Notes: generated from the letters alone by a model not told the origin. A stretch of DNA of 64,000 nucleotides from an uncultured Chloroflexia bacterium (GCA_963847375.1 CAWJZO010000001.1:1922124-1986123); one strand, 5' to 3'. Numbered from the stretch's first letter, positions 47,055 to 60,126 are shown. Made by a program: numbers and translations.

Positions 47055-48103
47055 GGCTTCGGCCGCCAGGCGGCTCGCTCGGGCAGGACGCCGCCAACTT
47101 CCCGGACGAGAGATCCGTCGATGCTTACGACATAGAGGGTGTACGGGCCGGGGCTGGAGGCAACGGCGGCGATCTGTGTCCCGTCGGGAGACCACGACGG
47201 ACCGCCCCAGAAGCGCATGCAACAGCCCGGTCGCGTCCAGATCTTCCGCTGATTGCCGCCATCGGCGTCCATCACCCACAGCTGGTATTCCCACGGCACC
47301 TGGATGGTGTCCGTTGGCGGGAATGGGACATCGATGACATAGGCGATCAGTTCGCCGTCCGGCGACCACGTCGCGTAGACGGGGCCCGAGCTTCCGCCAA
47401 CGGTAACGAGCGTCTCGGGCTCCCCGCCGTCGAGCCGTACCCGACGCAGCGTGCCCCTCTGGCCACCGATGAGCAGCTCACTGCCGTCGGGAGACAGTGC
47501 CACGTCAGACACCCCCGTCCCCGAATACACCTCTTCGGTGGCCGTCCCGAGATCATGGACCCGTGCCGACCCGTTGCTGGCGTACGCGACGAGTGTGCCG
47601 TCGCCCGATAGTGAGAGGCCGCTGCATCGCGTGCCACACCTCGCCACGTGAAGCTCATTCCCTGACGCCATGTCACGGACGACGACGTCGCCGGCGCGGA
47701 TGAATGCCAGGGTCGACCCGTCCGCCGACCATGTGGGCAGCCGGCAGCCATCGCAGAACTCGAGCACCGCCCGCTCGCCAGTGGCGGGATCAACGGAGAC
47801 GAGCCCCTGTTCGTCAGCGGCCACGATCTCGCCGTTTGTGTGGAGCAGCGGAACGGGGTCGGGCAGCAACAGACGTGCGCCGATGGCCGCACCGGTGGCG
47901 GCGAGGAGCAGGGCGATCGCCGCGATCAGCAGGGCGCGACGCGACGCCTGCATCGGTCCGAGCCGGAACCAGCCGCGAGCCTGCGGCGTAGCCTCGGCGG
48001 CTCGGACGATCTCGTCGAGCAGCGCGGGAGGCGGTTCGGCGCTCCGCGCTCTCAGGACCTGCGCGAGCAGGTCATCGGTCAGGCGAAGGTGCTGATCAGC
48101 CAT
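47051..48103 (-). CDS. single-pass anti-sigma-like protein with a TolB/WD40-like beta-propeller ectodomain
   Basis: ATG 48103 (MADQHLRLTDDLLAQVLRARSAEPPPALLDEIV), one TM helix (ALLIAAIALLLAATGAAIG), then repeats of the S-x-DG-x-x-(L/I/V)-(A/L) type (WSADGSTLAF, LSGDGTLVAY, LSPDGSELLI, WSPDGELIAY, WSPDGTQIAA). Confidence 0.7.
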   Translation of the reverse strand: MADQHLRLTDDLLAQVLRARSAEPPPALLDEIVRAAEATPQARGWFRLGPMQASRRALLIAAIALLLAATGAAIGARLLLPDPVPLLHTNGEIVAADEQGLVSVDPATGERAVLEFCDGCRLPTWSADGSTLAFIRAGDVVVRDMASGNELHVARCGTRCSGLSLSGDGTLVAYASNGSARVHDLGTATEEVYSGTGVSDVALSPDGSELLIGGQRGTLRRVRLDGGEPETLVTVGGSSGPVYATWSPDGELIAYVIDVPFPPTDTIQVPWEYQLWVMDADGGNQRKIWTRPGCCMRFWGGPSWSPDGTQIAAVASSPGPYTLYVVSIDGSLVREVGGVLPERAAWRPKP

Positions 48104-48647
48104 TGCTCGCCTCCAGCGCCCGCTCGAGCGCCCCACGGGCGGCGTGCAGCCGCCACTTCGCCGTTCCCTCGGGGACGCCGAGTTGCCTCGCGAGATCGAC
48201 CACCGACACGCGGTTCACGTGGTGCATGACGAGGAGATGTCGCTGGTCGGCACTCAGGTGCTCGAACGCGGCATTGATCGCCGCCGACTCCCCGACCGAG
48301 GCGGTCGTGTCGGCGCCACGCGGCTCGGGCCCATCGTCGATGGCGACCTCGCGCGACCGCCGTCGCCGCCGGAGCAGGTCACGGCATCGGTTGACGATCA
48401 CCTTGTTGAGCCAGGCGTCGAACTTCGCGCCGTTTCGCAGAGCGGGGAGTTGCCGCCAGGCCGCGACGAAGGCCTCCTGGACGACGTCGGCCGCGTCGGC
48501 CTCGTTGCCGAGAATCGCGGATGCCGTTCGGAACGCCCGGCTCAGCCGGGCCTCGACGAGTGCCTCGAAGGCCGCGACGTCGCCCGTGGCCGCCCGCTCG
48601 ACGAGATCAACATCGAGAGCGATCGCCGCCTGGGGGCGTCCCGTCAT
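48096..48647 (-). CDS. ECF (group 4) RNA polymerase sigma factor
   Basis: ATG 48647. LVERAATGDVAAFEALV...DVVQEAFVAAWRQL...FDAWLNKVIVNRCRD and LSADQRHLLVMHHVNRVSVVDLARQLGVPEGTAKWRLHAAR. Paralog of 34410..35174. Confidence 0.85.
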   Translation of the reverse strand: MTGRPQAAIALDVDLVERAATGDVAAFEALVEARLSRAFRTASAILGNEADAADVVQEAFVAAWRQLPALRNGAKFDAWLNKVIVNRCRDLLRRRRRSREVAIDDGPEPRGADTTASVGESAAINAAFEHLSADQRHLLVMHHVNRVSVVDLARQLGVPEGTAKWRLHAARGALERALEASNG

Positions 48648-48694
48648 GTCCACACGATAAGGACGACGGGAAGATGGCTCGGGTTGGGTGGAAG

Positions 48695-49789
48695 TTATTC
48701 CTGGGCGCGGGCGGGTGCTCTCGTCCGGCCCTTGCGGCGCCGATCCCAGTCGTCCCAGGCCACCAGGATCTGGCTCGCGTTGAAGATCGACGAGTACGTC
48801 CCGCTCACCACGCCGAGCAGGAGCGCCAGGGCGAAGGTGCGGATCGTCGGCGGCCCGAGCAGCAGTAACGCGCCAAGTGTCACGACGACGGTCAGCGAGG
48901 TGATGATCGAGCGGCCGGCCGTCTGGAGGATCGAGTGGTTGACGATCGCCCCGAACGGCTCGCCGGCGTGCCGCACACGGTTCTCGCGGATGCGGTCGAA
49001 GACCACGATCGTGTCGTGCACGCTGAATCCGATGATCGTCAGCAGCGCGGTCACGAACAGCGCGTCGAACTCCAGGAAGAAGAAGTAGCCGAGGATCGCG
49101 AACGTTCCGACGACGAGGAGCACGTCGTGGAGGAGGGCGATGATCGCCGCCGTCCCGTAGCGGAAGCCGAACCGAATCCACAGGTAGGCCAGGATGAAGA
49201 GCTCGCCGATGATGATGAGGATCGCGGAGCTGCGGATGAGCTCGTCGCCAATGATCGGGCCGACGGTCCGAACGAGGCGCGGGTCGCCTGGCCCGAACTG
49301 CTCCTCGAGCTCAGCCTGGAGGTCGGCGAACTCGGTGCCCTCGGCGATCGGCAGCGGCGTCGGCTCGGCAGTCGGTGTCGGCTCAGGCGTGGGGGTCGGG
49401 CTCCCCGTCGGACCCGGAGTTCCCGAAGGCGACGGACTGACCGATGGCGACGCGCCCGCCGACGGGCTCACGCTTGCCGATGGCGCCAGCGATCCGGACG
49501 GCGACGGCTCGGGGAGCACGGCCGGCAGGAGGTCGATCGGCTCGGTGCGGATCCGCAGATAGCCGCCCGGCAGTTCAGTGACGACGACGTCCTCGTGGCC
49601 GCGCTCCTCGAGGGCCGCGGTCATCTCGGCGGCCGATGGCTCCTCGGCGTAGCGGACCTCCCACTCCGTGCCACCGGTGAAGTCGATCGACGGCCTCAGG
49701 CCGCCCATGATGATGAAGATCAGCCCCGGGATCGTCAGGATCGCGCTGAAGAGGAAATACCAGTTGCGCTTGCCGACGATGTCGTACAT
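48695..49789 (-). CDS. secF: protein translocase subunit SecF (with a Pro/Ser/Thr-rich insertion)
   Basis: DFTGGTEWEV at the N-terminus and a C-terminal six-TM core (GFSVHDTIVVFDRIREN...TSLTVVVTLGALLL). A low-complexity insert of about 60 aa covers aa 88-147. Confidence 0.9.
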   Translation of the reverse strand: MYDIVGKRNWYFLFSAILTIPGLIFIIMGGLRPSIDFTGGTEWEVRYAEEPSAAEMTAALEERGHEDVVVTELPGGYLRIRTEPIDLLPAVLPEPSPSGSLAPSASVSPSAGASPSVSPSPSGTPGPTGSPTPTPEPTPTAEPTPLPIAEGTEFADLQAELEEQFGPGDPRLVRTVGPIIGDELIRSSAILIIIGELFILAYLWIRFGFRYGTAAIIALLHDVLLVVGTFAILGYFFFLEFDALFVTALLTIIGFSVHDTIVVFDRIRENRVRHAGEPFGAIVNHSILQTAGRSIITSLTVVVTLGALLLLGPPTIRTFALALLLGVVSGTYSSIFNASQILVAWDDWDRRRKGRTRAPARAQE

Positions 49790-49792
49790 CGG

Positions 49793-51124
49793 TCAGCGCT
49801 CTACGTGGTAGAGCTCGATGTTGCGGCCCCAGCCCGTTCGGATGACGCGCCGCAGCATCGTGCGGGTGACGGTGACGGCGCTGAACATGCTGACCAGCAC
49901 ACCGATGATGAGCACGAGCGCGAAACCGCGCACGACCGTCGTGCCCTGCCAGTAAAGCCATCCGGCGACCAGGAGGCTCGCGACGTTCGAGTCGAGGATG
50001 CTCGACCACGCGCGGTTGAATCCGGCCTCGATGGCCGGGCCGAGCGTCTTCCCGGCGCGGATCTCCTCCTTCATCCGCTCGAAGATGAGGATGTTCGCGT
50101 CGACCGCCATGCCGATCGAGAGGATGAAGGCGGCCACGCCGGCGAGCGTCAGGGTGACGTGGATCATGCGGAACACTGCGTAGACGACGAGCGTGTAGAA
50201 GATGAGCGCGATCGCGGCCAGCACGCCCGGAAGCCGGTAGTACGCGATCATGAAGATCAGCACGAGTGCCAGGCCGACGGCGCCGGCAATGAGCGCCTGG
50301 ACGAGGAAGTCGGCCCCGAGCGTCGGGTCGACGGTCTGGACGCCCTGCTCGGTGAGCGAGATCGGCAGCGCGCCGAAGCGGAGCGTGTTGTAGAGCTCGG
50401 TGCGCTCCTGCTCGTTGGCCGGTGTCTGCGGGCCGACGGTGATGATCGTCTGGCCGCCGCAGATCGCGTTCTGGATGTTCGGGACGGTGATGACCTCGCC
50501 GTCGAGGGCGATCGGTCCGGGCTGGCCGACGTTCGCCGTCGTGAAATTGCACCAGGTCTCGCTCGCCTGGTCGCTGAGGCTGAACTGGACCCCGATGATG
50601 TTGCCGTCCACCGCCGGCGTCACGCTCGTGATGTCGATCTCGCCGCCGTCGAACAGCACGCCCACCGACCCAGCCTCGAGCAGATCGCTGATGTCCTGGC
50701 CGTCGGTCAGCTGCTGGCCCTGCGGGTCGATGAACTCGAGCTGGCCGGTCGAGCCGACGAGGCGGCGGACCTGGTCGGGATTGTCGACGCCCGGCACCTC
50801 AACGACGATGAGCTGCGATCCGTCGCCTGCGGTCTCCGTCCGGACCTGCGGCTCGGTCACGCCGATCCCCGCGACGCGCCGCTCGATGATCGTGCGAGCG
50901 GTCTCCATGTCGGTGGGCGTGATCGGCTCGGTGCTCTCCGGCTCGGCCTTCAGCGTCACCTGGGAGCCGCCCTCCAGGTCCAGGCCCAGCACCGTGCGGA
51001 ACTCTACGCCGGCCACCTGCGTCGGGAGCCAGTCCAAGCCAAGCGTGGTGCGCGGCAGATCGATGAAGACCGCCACCAGGGCGATCAGGCCGATCACCCA
51101 TGGGGCCATGCGTCGCCAGGTCAT
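49793..51124 (-). CDS. secD: protein translocase subunit SecD
   Basis: LGLDLEGGSQVTL, a periplasmic domain, then the core LSIGMAVDANILIFERMKEE and ILDSNVASL. Confidence 0.92.
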   Translation of the reverse strand: MTWRRMAPWVIGLIALVAVFIDLPRTTLGLDWLPTQVAGVEFRTVLGLDLEGGSQVTLKAEPESTEPITPTDMETARTIIERRVAGIGVTEPQVRTETAGDGSQLIVVEVPGVDNPDQVRRLVGSTGQLEFIDPQGQQLTDGQDISDLLEAGSVGVLFDGGEIDITSVTPAVDGNIIGVQFSLSDQASETWCNFTTANVGQPGPIALDGEVITVPNIQNAICGGQTIITVGPQTPANEQERTELYNTLRFGALPISLTEQGVQTVDPTLGADFLVQALIAGAVGLALVLIFMIAYYRLPGVLAAIALIFYTLVVYAVFRMIHVTLTLAGVAAFILSIGMAVDANILIFERMKEEIRAGKTLGPAIEAGFNRAWSSILDSNVASLLVAGWLYWQGTTVVRGFALVLIIGVLVSMFSAVTVTRTMLRRVIRTGWGRNIELYHVER

Positions 51125-51184
51125 GCTCGGACGAAGGTCCTCGAATACTCCTCGGGGATGTCGTGCAGGCGGCTGAGCGCCTCG

Positions 51185-51216
51185 GACACGAAACGCGCCG
51201 CTTCACCAGCGGCGGG
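51185..51216 (-). terminator. weak hairpin plus short U-tract downstream of uvrC
   Basis: Minus-strand CGCCGC-uggugaa-GCGGCG followed by CGUUUCG. The stem is only 6 bp. Confidence 0.3.
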
Positions 51217-51251
51217 CGGCCAGAGTATAGCGAGTTTGCGCTCCGATGCCT

Positions 51252-53252
51252 CTACGCGAGCATTCCCTCGCGAGCCAGGTGCGCCTTCAGCCTCTCGGCC
51301 AGGTCGCGGCTGATCCCGGGAGTCCCCGCCACTTCGTCCACCGACGCCTCCTTGATGCGTCGCACCGACCCGAAGCGCTTAAGGAGCGCCTTCTTCCGGC
51401 CGGGACCGATGCCGGCGATCTCGTCGAGCTCGCTACGCAGCGCGCGCTTGCCGCGCACGTCGCGGTGGTAGGTGATCGCGAAGCGGTGCGCCTCGTCGCG
51501 GATCCGCTGGACGAGGTAGAGCGCCTGCGAGCGGCGAGGCAATACGACCGGCGCGGATCGGTTCGGCAGGTAGAGCTCCTCGAAGCGTTTCGCCAAGCCG
51601 GAGAGCGGGACGTCGGTGATGCCGAGGTCCGACAGCGCCCCGATCGCCGCCGAGAGCTGGCCCTTCCCCCCATCGACGATGACCAGGTCCGGCACCGTCC
51701 AGGCTGCCTCGCGTCGTGCCCGGGCGGCCGCGTCGTCGTCGATCGGTCCGGCGACCGGATCGAGGTCGAGCACCTCGCCGTCCTCTCGATCCCCCTCCGG
51801 CGCCTCATCGGCGCCGACCGCCGCCAGGGACAGCGCTCCGGTCTCGTTCCGGAGCCGGGCCACACGGCTGAACCGGCGACGGAGCACCTCGGCCATCATC
51901 CGGAAGTCGTCGGGCGTGTCGCCGGAGCGGATGCGGAACCGCCGATACTCGCGCGGCTCGGGCTTGCCGTCGATGAAGACGACCATCGAGCCGACCGCCG
52001 ACGTCCCCTGGATGTTGCTCATGTCGTAGCACTCGATCCGCTCGGGAGGCCGCGGCAGCTCGAGCGCGGCAGCCAGCTCGGTGAGCGCCTCGTCACGGCG
52101 GGCCTCATCGGCCATCCACTCGGTCCGCTCGCGCTCGAGCGCCCCGCGCGCGTTCTGCGTGGCGAGGGCAACGAGGCGCCGCTTCTCGCCGCGCTCGGGC
52201 ACGGTGATCGTGACGCGCACCCCCCGCCGGTCGGCGAGGTACGCCGCCAGCTCATCGGCATCGGCCGGCATGAGCGGTGCGAGGACGGCGCGCGGGACGG
52301 CATCGGTCGTGGCGTAATACTGCTGGAGGAAGGAGCCGAGCACCTCCGCGTCGGTCACGTCGCGGGCACCCTCGACGATGAAGTGCTCGCGGCCGATGAG
52401 CTTTCCGTTGCGCACCTGCATGACCTGGATGCAGGCCTCGTCCTCCTCGCGGGCCATCCCGATGGCATCGTGCTCGGCGCGGCTGAAGGCCGCCATCTTC
52501 TGCTGCTCCATCGTCCGCTCGACGGCGCGGAGCTTGTCGCGTGCCACCGCGGCCTGCTCGTATCGCAGCGTGTCGGAGAGCTCGCGCATCTCGCCGCGCA
52601 GCTGCGCCGCGATCGGCTCCTGCTTGCCATCAAGGAAGTCGACGATCTGGCCGATCGTCTGGCGGTAAGGCTGCTTCTCGATGGCCTGGATGCACGGGCC
52701 CTGGCATCGGTTGATGAAGTACAGCAGGCACGGCCGTTCGAGCACGCGTTTCCCTTCCGGGATGTCGAGGTTGCAGGTCCGGAACGGGAAGATCTTGCGC
52801 AGCAGCTTCAGCGTCTCGTCCACGCTCGAGGCGCTCGCGTAGGGCCCGAAGTAGCGGCTCCCGTCCCGCACGAGCCGGCGCGTCCGCACGATCCGCGGGA
52901 AGTCCTCGCCGAGCGTGATCTTCACGAACGGGTAGCTCTTATCGTCGCGTAGCCGAATGTTGAACCGCGGCCGATGCTCCTTGATGAGGTTCGACTCGAG
53001 GAGGTAGGCCTCGCTGACCGTATCGGTGACGGTGTAGTCGACATCCGTCACCTCGGTGACCATGCGGCCGATGCGGACATCCTCCGGCGGCCGCTCTCCA
53101 AAATACGAGCGGACGCGGCTGCGTAACGCGTCGGCCTTGCCGACGTACAGGACCCGTCCCGAGGCGTTCTTCATGAGGTACACGCCCGGGCCGGTCGGCA
53201 GCCGGCGGAGCACGGCGCGCAGCGGCTCGGGGAGGGCGCGCTGCGGGCTCAT
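51252..53252 (-). CDS. uvrC: excinuclease ABC subunit C
   Basis: GIY-YIG N-terminus (GPGVYLMKNASGRVLYVGKA...YF), a UVR domain, an endonuclease V-like domain (IECYDMSNIQGT) and a C-terminal HhH2 (IAGIGPGRKKALLKRFGS). Confidence 0.95.
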   Translation of the reverse strand: MSPQRALPEPLRAVLRRLPTGPGVYLMKNASGRVLYVGKADALRSRVRSYFGERPPEDVRIGRMVTEVTDVDYTVTDTVSEAYLLESNLIKEHRPRFNIRLRDDKSYPFVKITLGEDFPRIVRTRRLVRDGSRYFGPYASASSVDETLKLLRKIFPFRTCNLDIPEGKRVLERPCLLYFINRCQGPCIQAIEKQPYRQTIGQIVDFLDGKQEPIAAQLRGEMRELSDTLRYEQAAVARDKLRAVERTMEQQKMAAFSRAEHDAIGMAREEDEACIQVMQVRNGKLIGREHFIVEGARDVTDAEVLGSFLQQYYATTDAVPRAVLAPLMPADADELAAYLADRRGVRVTITVPERGEKRRLVALATQNARGALERERTEWMADEARRDEALTELAAALELPRPPERIECYDMSNIQGTSAVGSMVVFIDGKPEPREYRRFRIRSGDTPDDFRMMAEVLRRRFSRVARLRNETGALSLAAVGADEAPEGDREDGEVLDLDPVAGPIDDDAAARARREAAWTVPDLVIVDGGKGQLSAAIGALSDLGITDVPLSGLAKRFEELYLPNRSAPVVLPRRSQALYLVQRIRDEAHRFAITYHRDVRGKRALRSELDEIAGIGPGRKKALLKRFGSVRRIKEASVDEVAGTPGISRDLAERLKAHLAREGMLA

Positions 53253-53297
53253 GGACCGATTCTAGGCCGGTCTCTCGAGGCGATCTCCCGGGTGAAG

Positions 53298-53777
53298 TCA
53301 GGGCAGCCCCAGATAGACCGAGTCCCCTTCGGCGTACGCGAGCAATCGATGCAGGCCGGGAGACGTGCGCGCGATCTCGTCCCGCGAGAGCCATCCGACC
53401 TCGGCGATCTCGCCGAGCTGCGGCGCGAGCTCACCGCCGGTCACGCGGCCCGCGAAGATGAACGAGGTGTTGCCCGCGCGACGCGCGTCGACGACGAGGA
53501 TTCGCTCGAGCGCGACCTCGAGGCCAGTCTCCTCGTGCGTCTCGCGGACCGCGGCGGCATGTGGGGTCTCGCCGCGCTCCACCCGCCCGCCGGGGAGCAT
53601 CCACCCGCGCGAGTACGTCGGCTTCACGACGAGGATCCGGCCTTCGCCGTCGGTCGCGAGGACGTTCGCGCCCTCGACGCGACCGTATCGGCCTCCGAAC
53701 AGGCCGGCCAGGCCGACGACGCCGCCGATGAGGAGCCGCGGGAGGTCGGCGGCGCGGATGCGCCGCCTAAGGCGCAT
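53298..53777 (-). CDS. NUDIX hydrolase
   Basis: Nudix box [26 protein letters not shown]. Confidence 0.88.
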   Translation of the reverse strand: MRLRRRIRAADLPRLLIGGVVGLAGLFGGRYGRVEGANVLATDGEGRILVVKPTYSRGWMLPGGRVERGETPHAAAVRETHEETGLEVALERILVVDARRAGNTSFIFAGRVTGGELAPQLGEIAEVGWLSRDEIARTSPGLHRLLAYAEGDSVYLGLP

Positions 53778-54930
53778 TGGTTGCAGGCGCGGGCGTGGCG
53801 GCCGCGGCGAGCTCGCCGGACAGGTGCTGGTGGATCGTGGCGTAGTCGCCCGGGCCGGTCCAGCCGGTCGGGATGAGGATGTACTGGCCGTCGGTGTTCG
53901 TCGTGGCCGTCAGCACCGGGCCCTCGCTGAGCTCAACGCGGCGATCGCTCGACATGTGAGACGACAGCAGGAAGAGGTCGATCACCGAGACGTCCGTGCG
54001 GACGCGGCCCTCCATCGCGTCCATCAGGCCGAGGCCCGGCAGGATCGCCCCAACGCCCCCGTCCCCGACGCTCGAGCGAAGCGCGGCGAGCACCCGCGCC
54101 TGGCGCACCGATCGCGCGAAGTCGGTCGACTCCTCCACCTTGTTCGTGTACCGCGCGCGGGCATACGCCAATGCCCGCTCCCCGTCGAGGTGAATCTCAC
54201 CGGCCTTGAACCGACCCGTGTTCCAGCTGCCGGCTTCGTGCAGCAGCTCGTGCGTGGTGTACCTGAAGGCGGTGGGATTGTCGATCGTCACGCCGCCGAC
54301 CGCGTCGACCATCTCGCGGAACCCGGTGAAATCGATCGACAGCCAGTGGTCGATCTCGAGGCCGGTGATCGTGGAGAGGACGTCGGCCATCAGCGCACCG
54401 GCGGTGTCGAGGTCGCCGTTCGCATGGCCGCTCGAGAAGACCTCGTTGATCTTCCCGTTCTGCGGGAACGCGGCGACGCCCTCGACCCAGAGGTCGCGCG
54501 GGATCGGGATGGTGACGGTCGTATCGGTCTCGGGGTCGATCGAGAGGATCTGGATCGAATCCGCGAGGTATGCACCATCGTGGCCCTCTCCGCCGTAGCC
54601 GACCATCAGCACGTTCACACGGTCGCTGCCCTGCAGCGGGAAGAACAGCTGTGTCGACGGGAAGGAGGCACTGGACACGGTCGCGTTGAAGGCCGCGGCC
54701 CGCATCCCGAGCAGCACGACCGCCACGATCACTGCCACCAGTGCCAGCAACAGCACGTTGCGGACGGTCCGCAGGATGGAGCCGGGTCGACGGCTCCGAG
54801 TCCGGCGGTTGAGCGTGGGCTGGCTCGACCGCGCATGCTTCCGGCGGTCACCCCGCTGTGAGGCCCCGCCCGACCGGATGAGCTCGCGGTCGTAGGGCAG
54901 GTCGGTGTCCCGTGCGTCGTCTCGGCTCAA
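53767..54930 (-). CDS. LytR-CpsA-Psr (LCP) family cell-envelope transferase
   Basis: One TM helix ([17 protein letters not shown]), then the LCP core (NVLMVGYGG...[49 protein letters not shown]...DFARSVRQ). The start is uncertain: TTG 54930 was chosen and the track ORF upstream is Arg-rich nonsense. Confidence 0.8.
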   Translation of the reverse strand: MSRDDARDTDLPYDRELIRSGGASQRGDRRKHARSSQPTLNRRTRSRRPGSILRTVRNVLLLALVAVIVAVVLLGMRAAAFNATVSSASFPSTQLFFPLQGSDRVNVLMVGYGGEGHDGAYLADSIQILSIDPETDTTVTIPIPRDLWVEGVAAFPQNGKINEVFSSGHANGDLDTAGALMADVLSTITGLEIDHWLSIDFTGFREMVDAVGGVTIDNPTAFRYTTHELLHEAGSWNTGRFKAGEIHLDGERALAYARARYTNKVEESTDFARSVRQARVLAALRSSVGDGGVGAILPGLGLMDAMEGRVRTDVSVIDLFLLSSHMSSDRRVELSEGPVLTATTNTDGQYILIPTGWTGPGDYATIHQHLSGELAAAATPAPATNAP

Positions 54931-55075
54931 CTGGGTCTCATGCTGCGGCTGGGTTCGGTCGCGCTGGGCGGCAACAGGATAGGGCTTCGCTCGTCTCGAC
55001 GGCCGGGACCGTCGCGATGTCACCGGTAAGTGACCGGTAACCCGCCGATAAGCGGGGCATTCGCACCATGGACCG

Positions 55076-56725
55076 ATGCAGACTGCCGTCGCCACCGCGC
55101 CGTCCCTCGACGTCGGACCGATTCTGGCCGCGCTCGATCCGGAGCAGCGCGCGGCCGCGACGCTGCCCGACGGACCGGCCCAGATCATCGCGCCCGCGGG
55201 CAGCGGCAAGACGACGACGATGGTCGCGCGGCTCGCGGTTCTCCTCTCCCGCGGTGTCGAGCCGTCAAGGATCTGCGTCGTCACCTTCAACCGGGACGCC
55301 GCGCTCGACCTCGTGGCGCGGGTGGCGAAGCGCCTCGGTCCGCAGATGCCCGACGCCACGTCGATCGAGATCCGGACGCTGCACGCACTCGCCCGGCACG
55401 TTCTGCTCGACGCCGGCGAGGGCTCGAACATCCTCGCCGACCGTCTCCCTCTCCTGCGAGCCGCGCGGCGGCGGCACACCGCGGCGGATGGATTGATTCC
55501 CTTGCCGGAGGCCACCCAGCTCGACACGTGGCTGTCCGCCGCGAAGGTCGAGGGGCGCGACCCGCCGGCTGAGGCCGCCGCCGTGCTTCGGACCTACGAG
55601 GAGCTGCTGCGTGCGCGAGGCGCCATCGACTTCGACGACCTCGTCGTGCGCGCCGGCAACCTGCTCGAGACCGATCCCTCCCTCCGCCGTCGCTGGCAGC
55701 GGCGTTTCGAGCACGTCTGCGTCGACGAGTTCCAGGACGTCGACGCCGCCCAGCTCCGCCTCGTCCGGATGCTTGCGGCGCCGGAGGACAACCTCTTTGT
55801 CGTCGGCGACGACGACCAGACGATCTACGCCTGGCGCCTCGCCGACGTCCGTCGAATTCTCCGCTTCGCGGAGGACTATCCGGCGGCGCGACGGGTGATG
55901 CTCGCGACGAACTACCGATGCCCGGCAGCGGTGATCGAGGCGTCGGCGCGCATGGTCGCGGTCAACCGCGAGCGCTTCGCGAAGCCGATCCGGGCGCCGG
56001 GCGGCATCGACCTCGACCCGCAGGCGATCTCGGCCCATAGCACGGCGAATCCGGGCTGGCCGGACACCATGGCGCGGCTTGCCGCGGCGGAGGACCGTGC
56101 CGGTCGGACGGTGTGCTTCCTGTCGCGGACGCGCGGCGAGCTGACTCCGATCCTGCTTGCCCTCGTCCGTGCAGGCGTCCGCCACACGGCCGCCATCCCG
56201 CCGATCGTCGAGGCCGAGCGGGCGCTCGAGCTCCTCGGCGCCGCCCGCGACACGGGCAGCAGCGGACACCCGTTCCATGTCCTGCGGCGCCTCCGGCTCG
56301 GACGCGGCTGGGACCGCTGCAGCCCATCGGGCGACCTGCTCTCGGACGACGATCACGCCGCCCTCGACGCATTGCTCGGCTGGGCGACCGGCTTCCGAAC
56401 CGTCGAGGCGTTCGCCGAGGCCTTCGCCGGCGCTCGCGCCCGGATCGCCGCGCTCCGAGACCCTGGCGCACCCGTCGAGCTCGCGACCGTCCACGTCTCG
56501 AAGGGCCGCGAGTGGGAGACGGTCGTGCTGGTCGGCTTCGAGGCCGATCGGATCCCGAACCGGCGCTCGCTGGTGGACGCGGACCACCCAGTGCGGGCCA
56601 TGGAGGAGGAGCGACGCCTCGCCTACGTCGCCATCACCCGCGCGACTCGCCGGCTGATCCTGGCGCTCGACCCGGCGCGGCCGTCACCCTTCCTGGCCGA
56701 GATGGGGCTCAGGCTCGGGCGTTGA
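55076..56725 (+). CDS. UvrD/Rep-family ATP-dependent DNA helicase (compact, 549 aa)
   Basis: Motif I IIAPAGSGKTTT, motif II VDEFQDV, motif III VVGDDDQTIYAWR, NYRCP, VHVSKGREWETVVL and RRLAYVAITRATRRL. Confidence 0.88.
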   Translation: MQTAVATAPSLDVGPILAALDPEQRAAATLPDGPAQIIAPAGSGKTTTMVARLAVLLSRGVEPSRICVVTFNRDAALDLVARVAKRLGPQMPDATSIEIRTLHALARHVLLDAGEGSNILADRLPLLRAARRRHTAADGLIPLPEATQLDTWLSAAKVEGRDPPAEAAAVLRTYEELLRARGAIDFDDLVVRAGNLLETDPSLRRRWQRRFEHVCVDEFQDVDAAQLRLVRMLAAPEDNLFVVGDDDQTIYAWRLADVRRILRFAEDYPAARRVMLATNYRCPAAVIEASARMVAVNRERFAKPIRAPGGIDLDPQAISAHSTANPGWPDTMARLAAAEDRAGRTVCFLSRTRGELTPILLALVRAGVRHTAAIPPIVEAERALELLGAARDTGSSGHPFHVLRRLRLGRGWDRCSPSGDLLSDDDHAALDALLGWATGFRTVEAFAEAFAGARARIAALRDPGAPVELATVHVSKGREWETVVLVGFEADRIPNRRSLVDADHPVRAMEEERRLAYVAITRATRRLILALDPARPSPFLAEMGLRLGR

Positions 56726-57169
56726 TCCGTTCCACGACTCGATGGCCGCGTTGAGGCGGCGAAGCTCGCGTCGTCGCTGCGGCGGCCCAAGCAACGGTTG
56801 GAGGAGGCGACCGGCAAATTCCGCAAAGCTGCCGCCCCACTCGATGTCGCCGCGCATGACGAGCACCGAACGGTCGGCGCCGACCGCGCCAACCTCGACC
56901 AGCACGGTCATGACCGATCCACGCGTCGTCATCCTTTCCTCGACGAGAACCGGTTGCTCATAGCGGGTGATTTCGTGCACGGAGTCGACGGTCGATCCGC
57001 CGTATCGGTTCGTGACGTGGTGCCGCGAGCCAACGTCCGTCCAACCGCCCGAGAGGAGCCGCACGGACGCAGAGGGGTCGATGCGCGGAATGTGGCGCGG
57101 GTCGCTCACCACGGCGAACGCCCTCGCCGCTGGCGCGTCGATCTCGATCGCTTCCTCGAATCGAGACAC
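56684..57169 (-). CDS. SRPBCC (START/polyketide cyclase-like) family protein
   Basis: MSRFEEAIEIDAPAARAFAVVSDPRHIPRIDPS... is typical of the Polyketide_cyc2 fold. The 3' end overlaps the convergent helicase gene by 42 nt. Confidence 0.7.
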   Translation of the reverse strand: MSRFEEAIEIDAPAARAFAVVSDPRHIPRIDPSASVRLLSGGWTDVGSRHHVTNRYGGSTVDSVHEITRYEQPVLVEERMTTRGSVMTVLVEVGAVGADRSVLVMRGDIEWGGSFAEFAGRLLQPLLGPPQRRRELRRLNAAIESWNGSTPEPEPHLGQEG

Positions 57170-57177
57170 CCGACGCG

Positions 57178-60126
<2,949 letters not shown>

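Noticed and set aside
48935-51313. 792-aa plus-strand ORF
   Set aside because: It is antisense to secF and secD, is Arg/Asp/Glu/His-rich, and has no recognisable domain.
56684-56725. 42-nt convergent overlap of the helicase and SRPBCC genes as a possible antisense regulatory arrangement
   Set aside because: The C-terminal residues of both ORFs are poorly conserved-looking tails. The overlap is more likely incidental, or one stop is effectively earlier in function. There is no structure or motif to support regulation.
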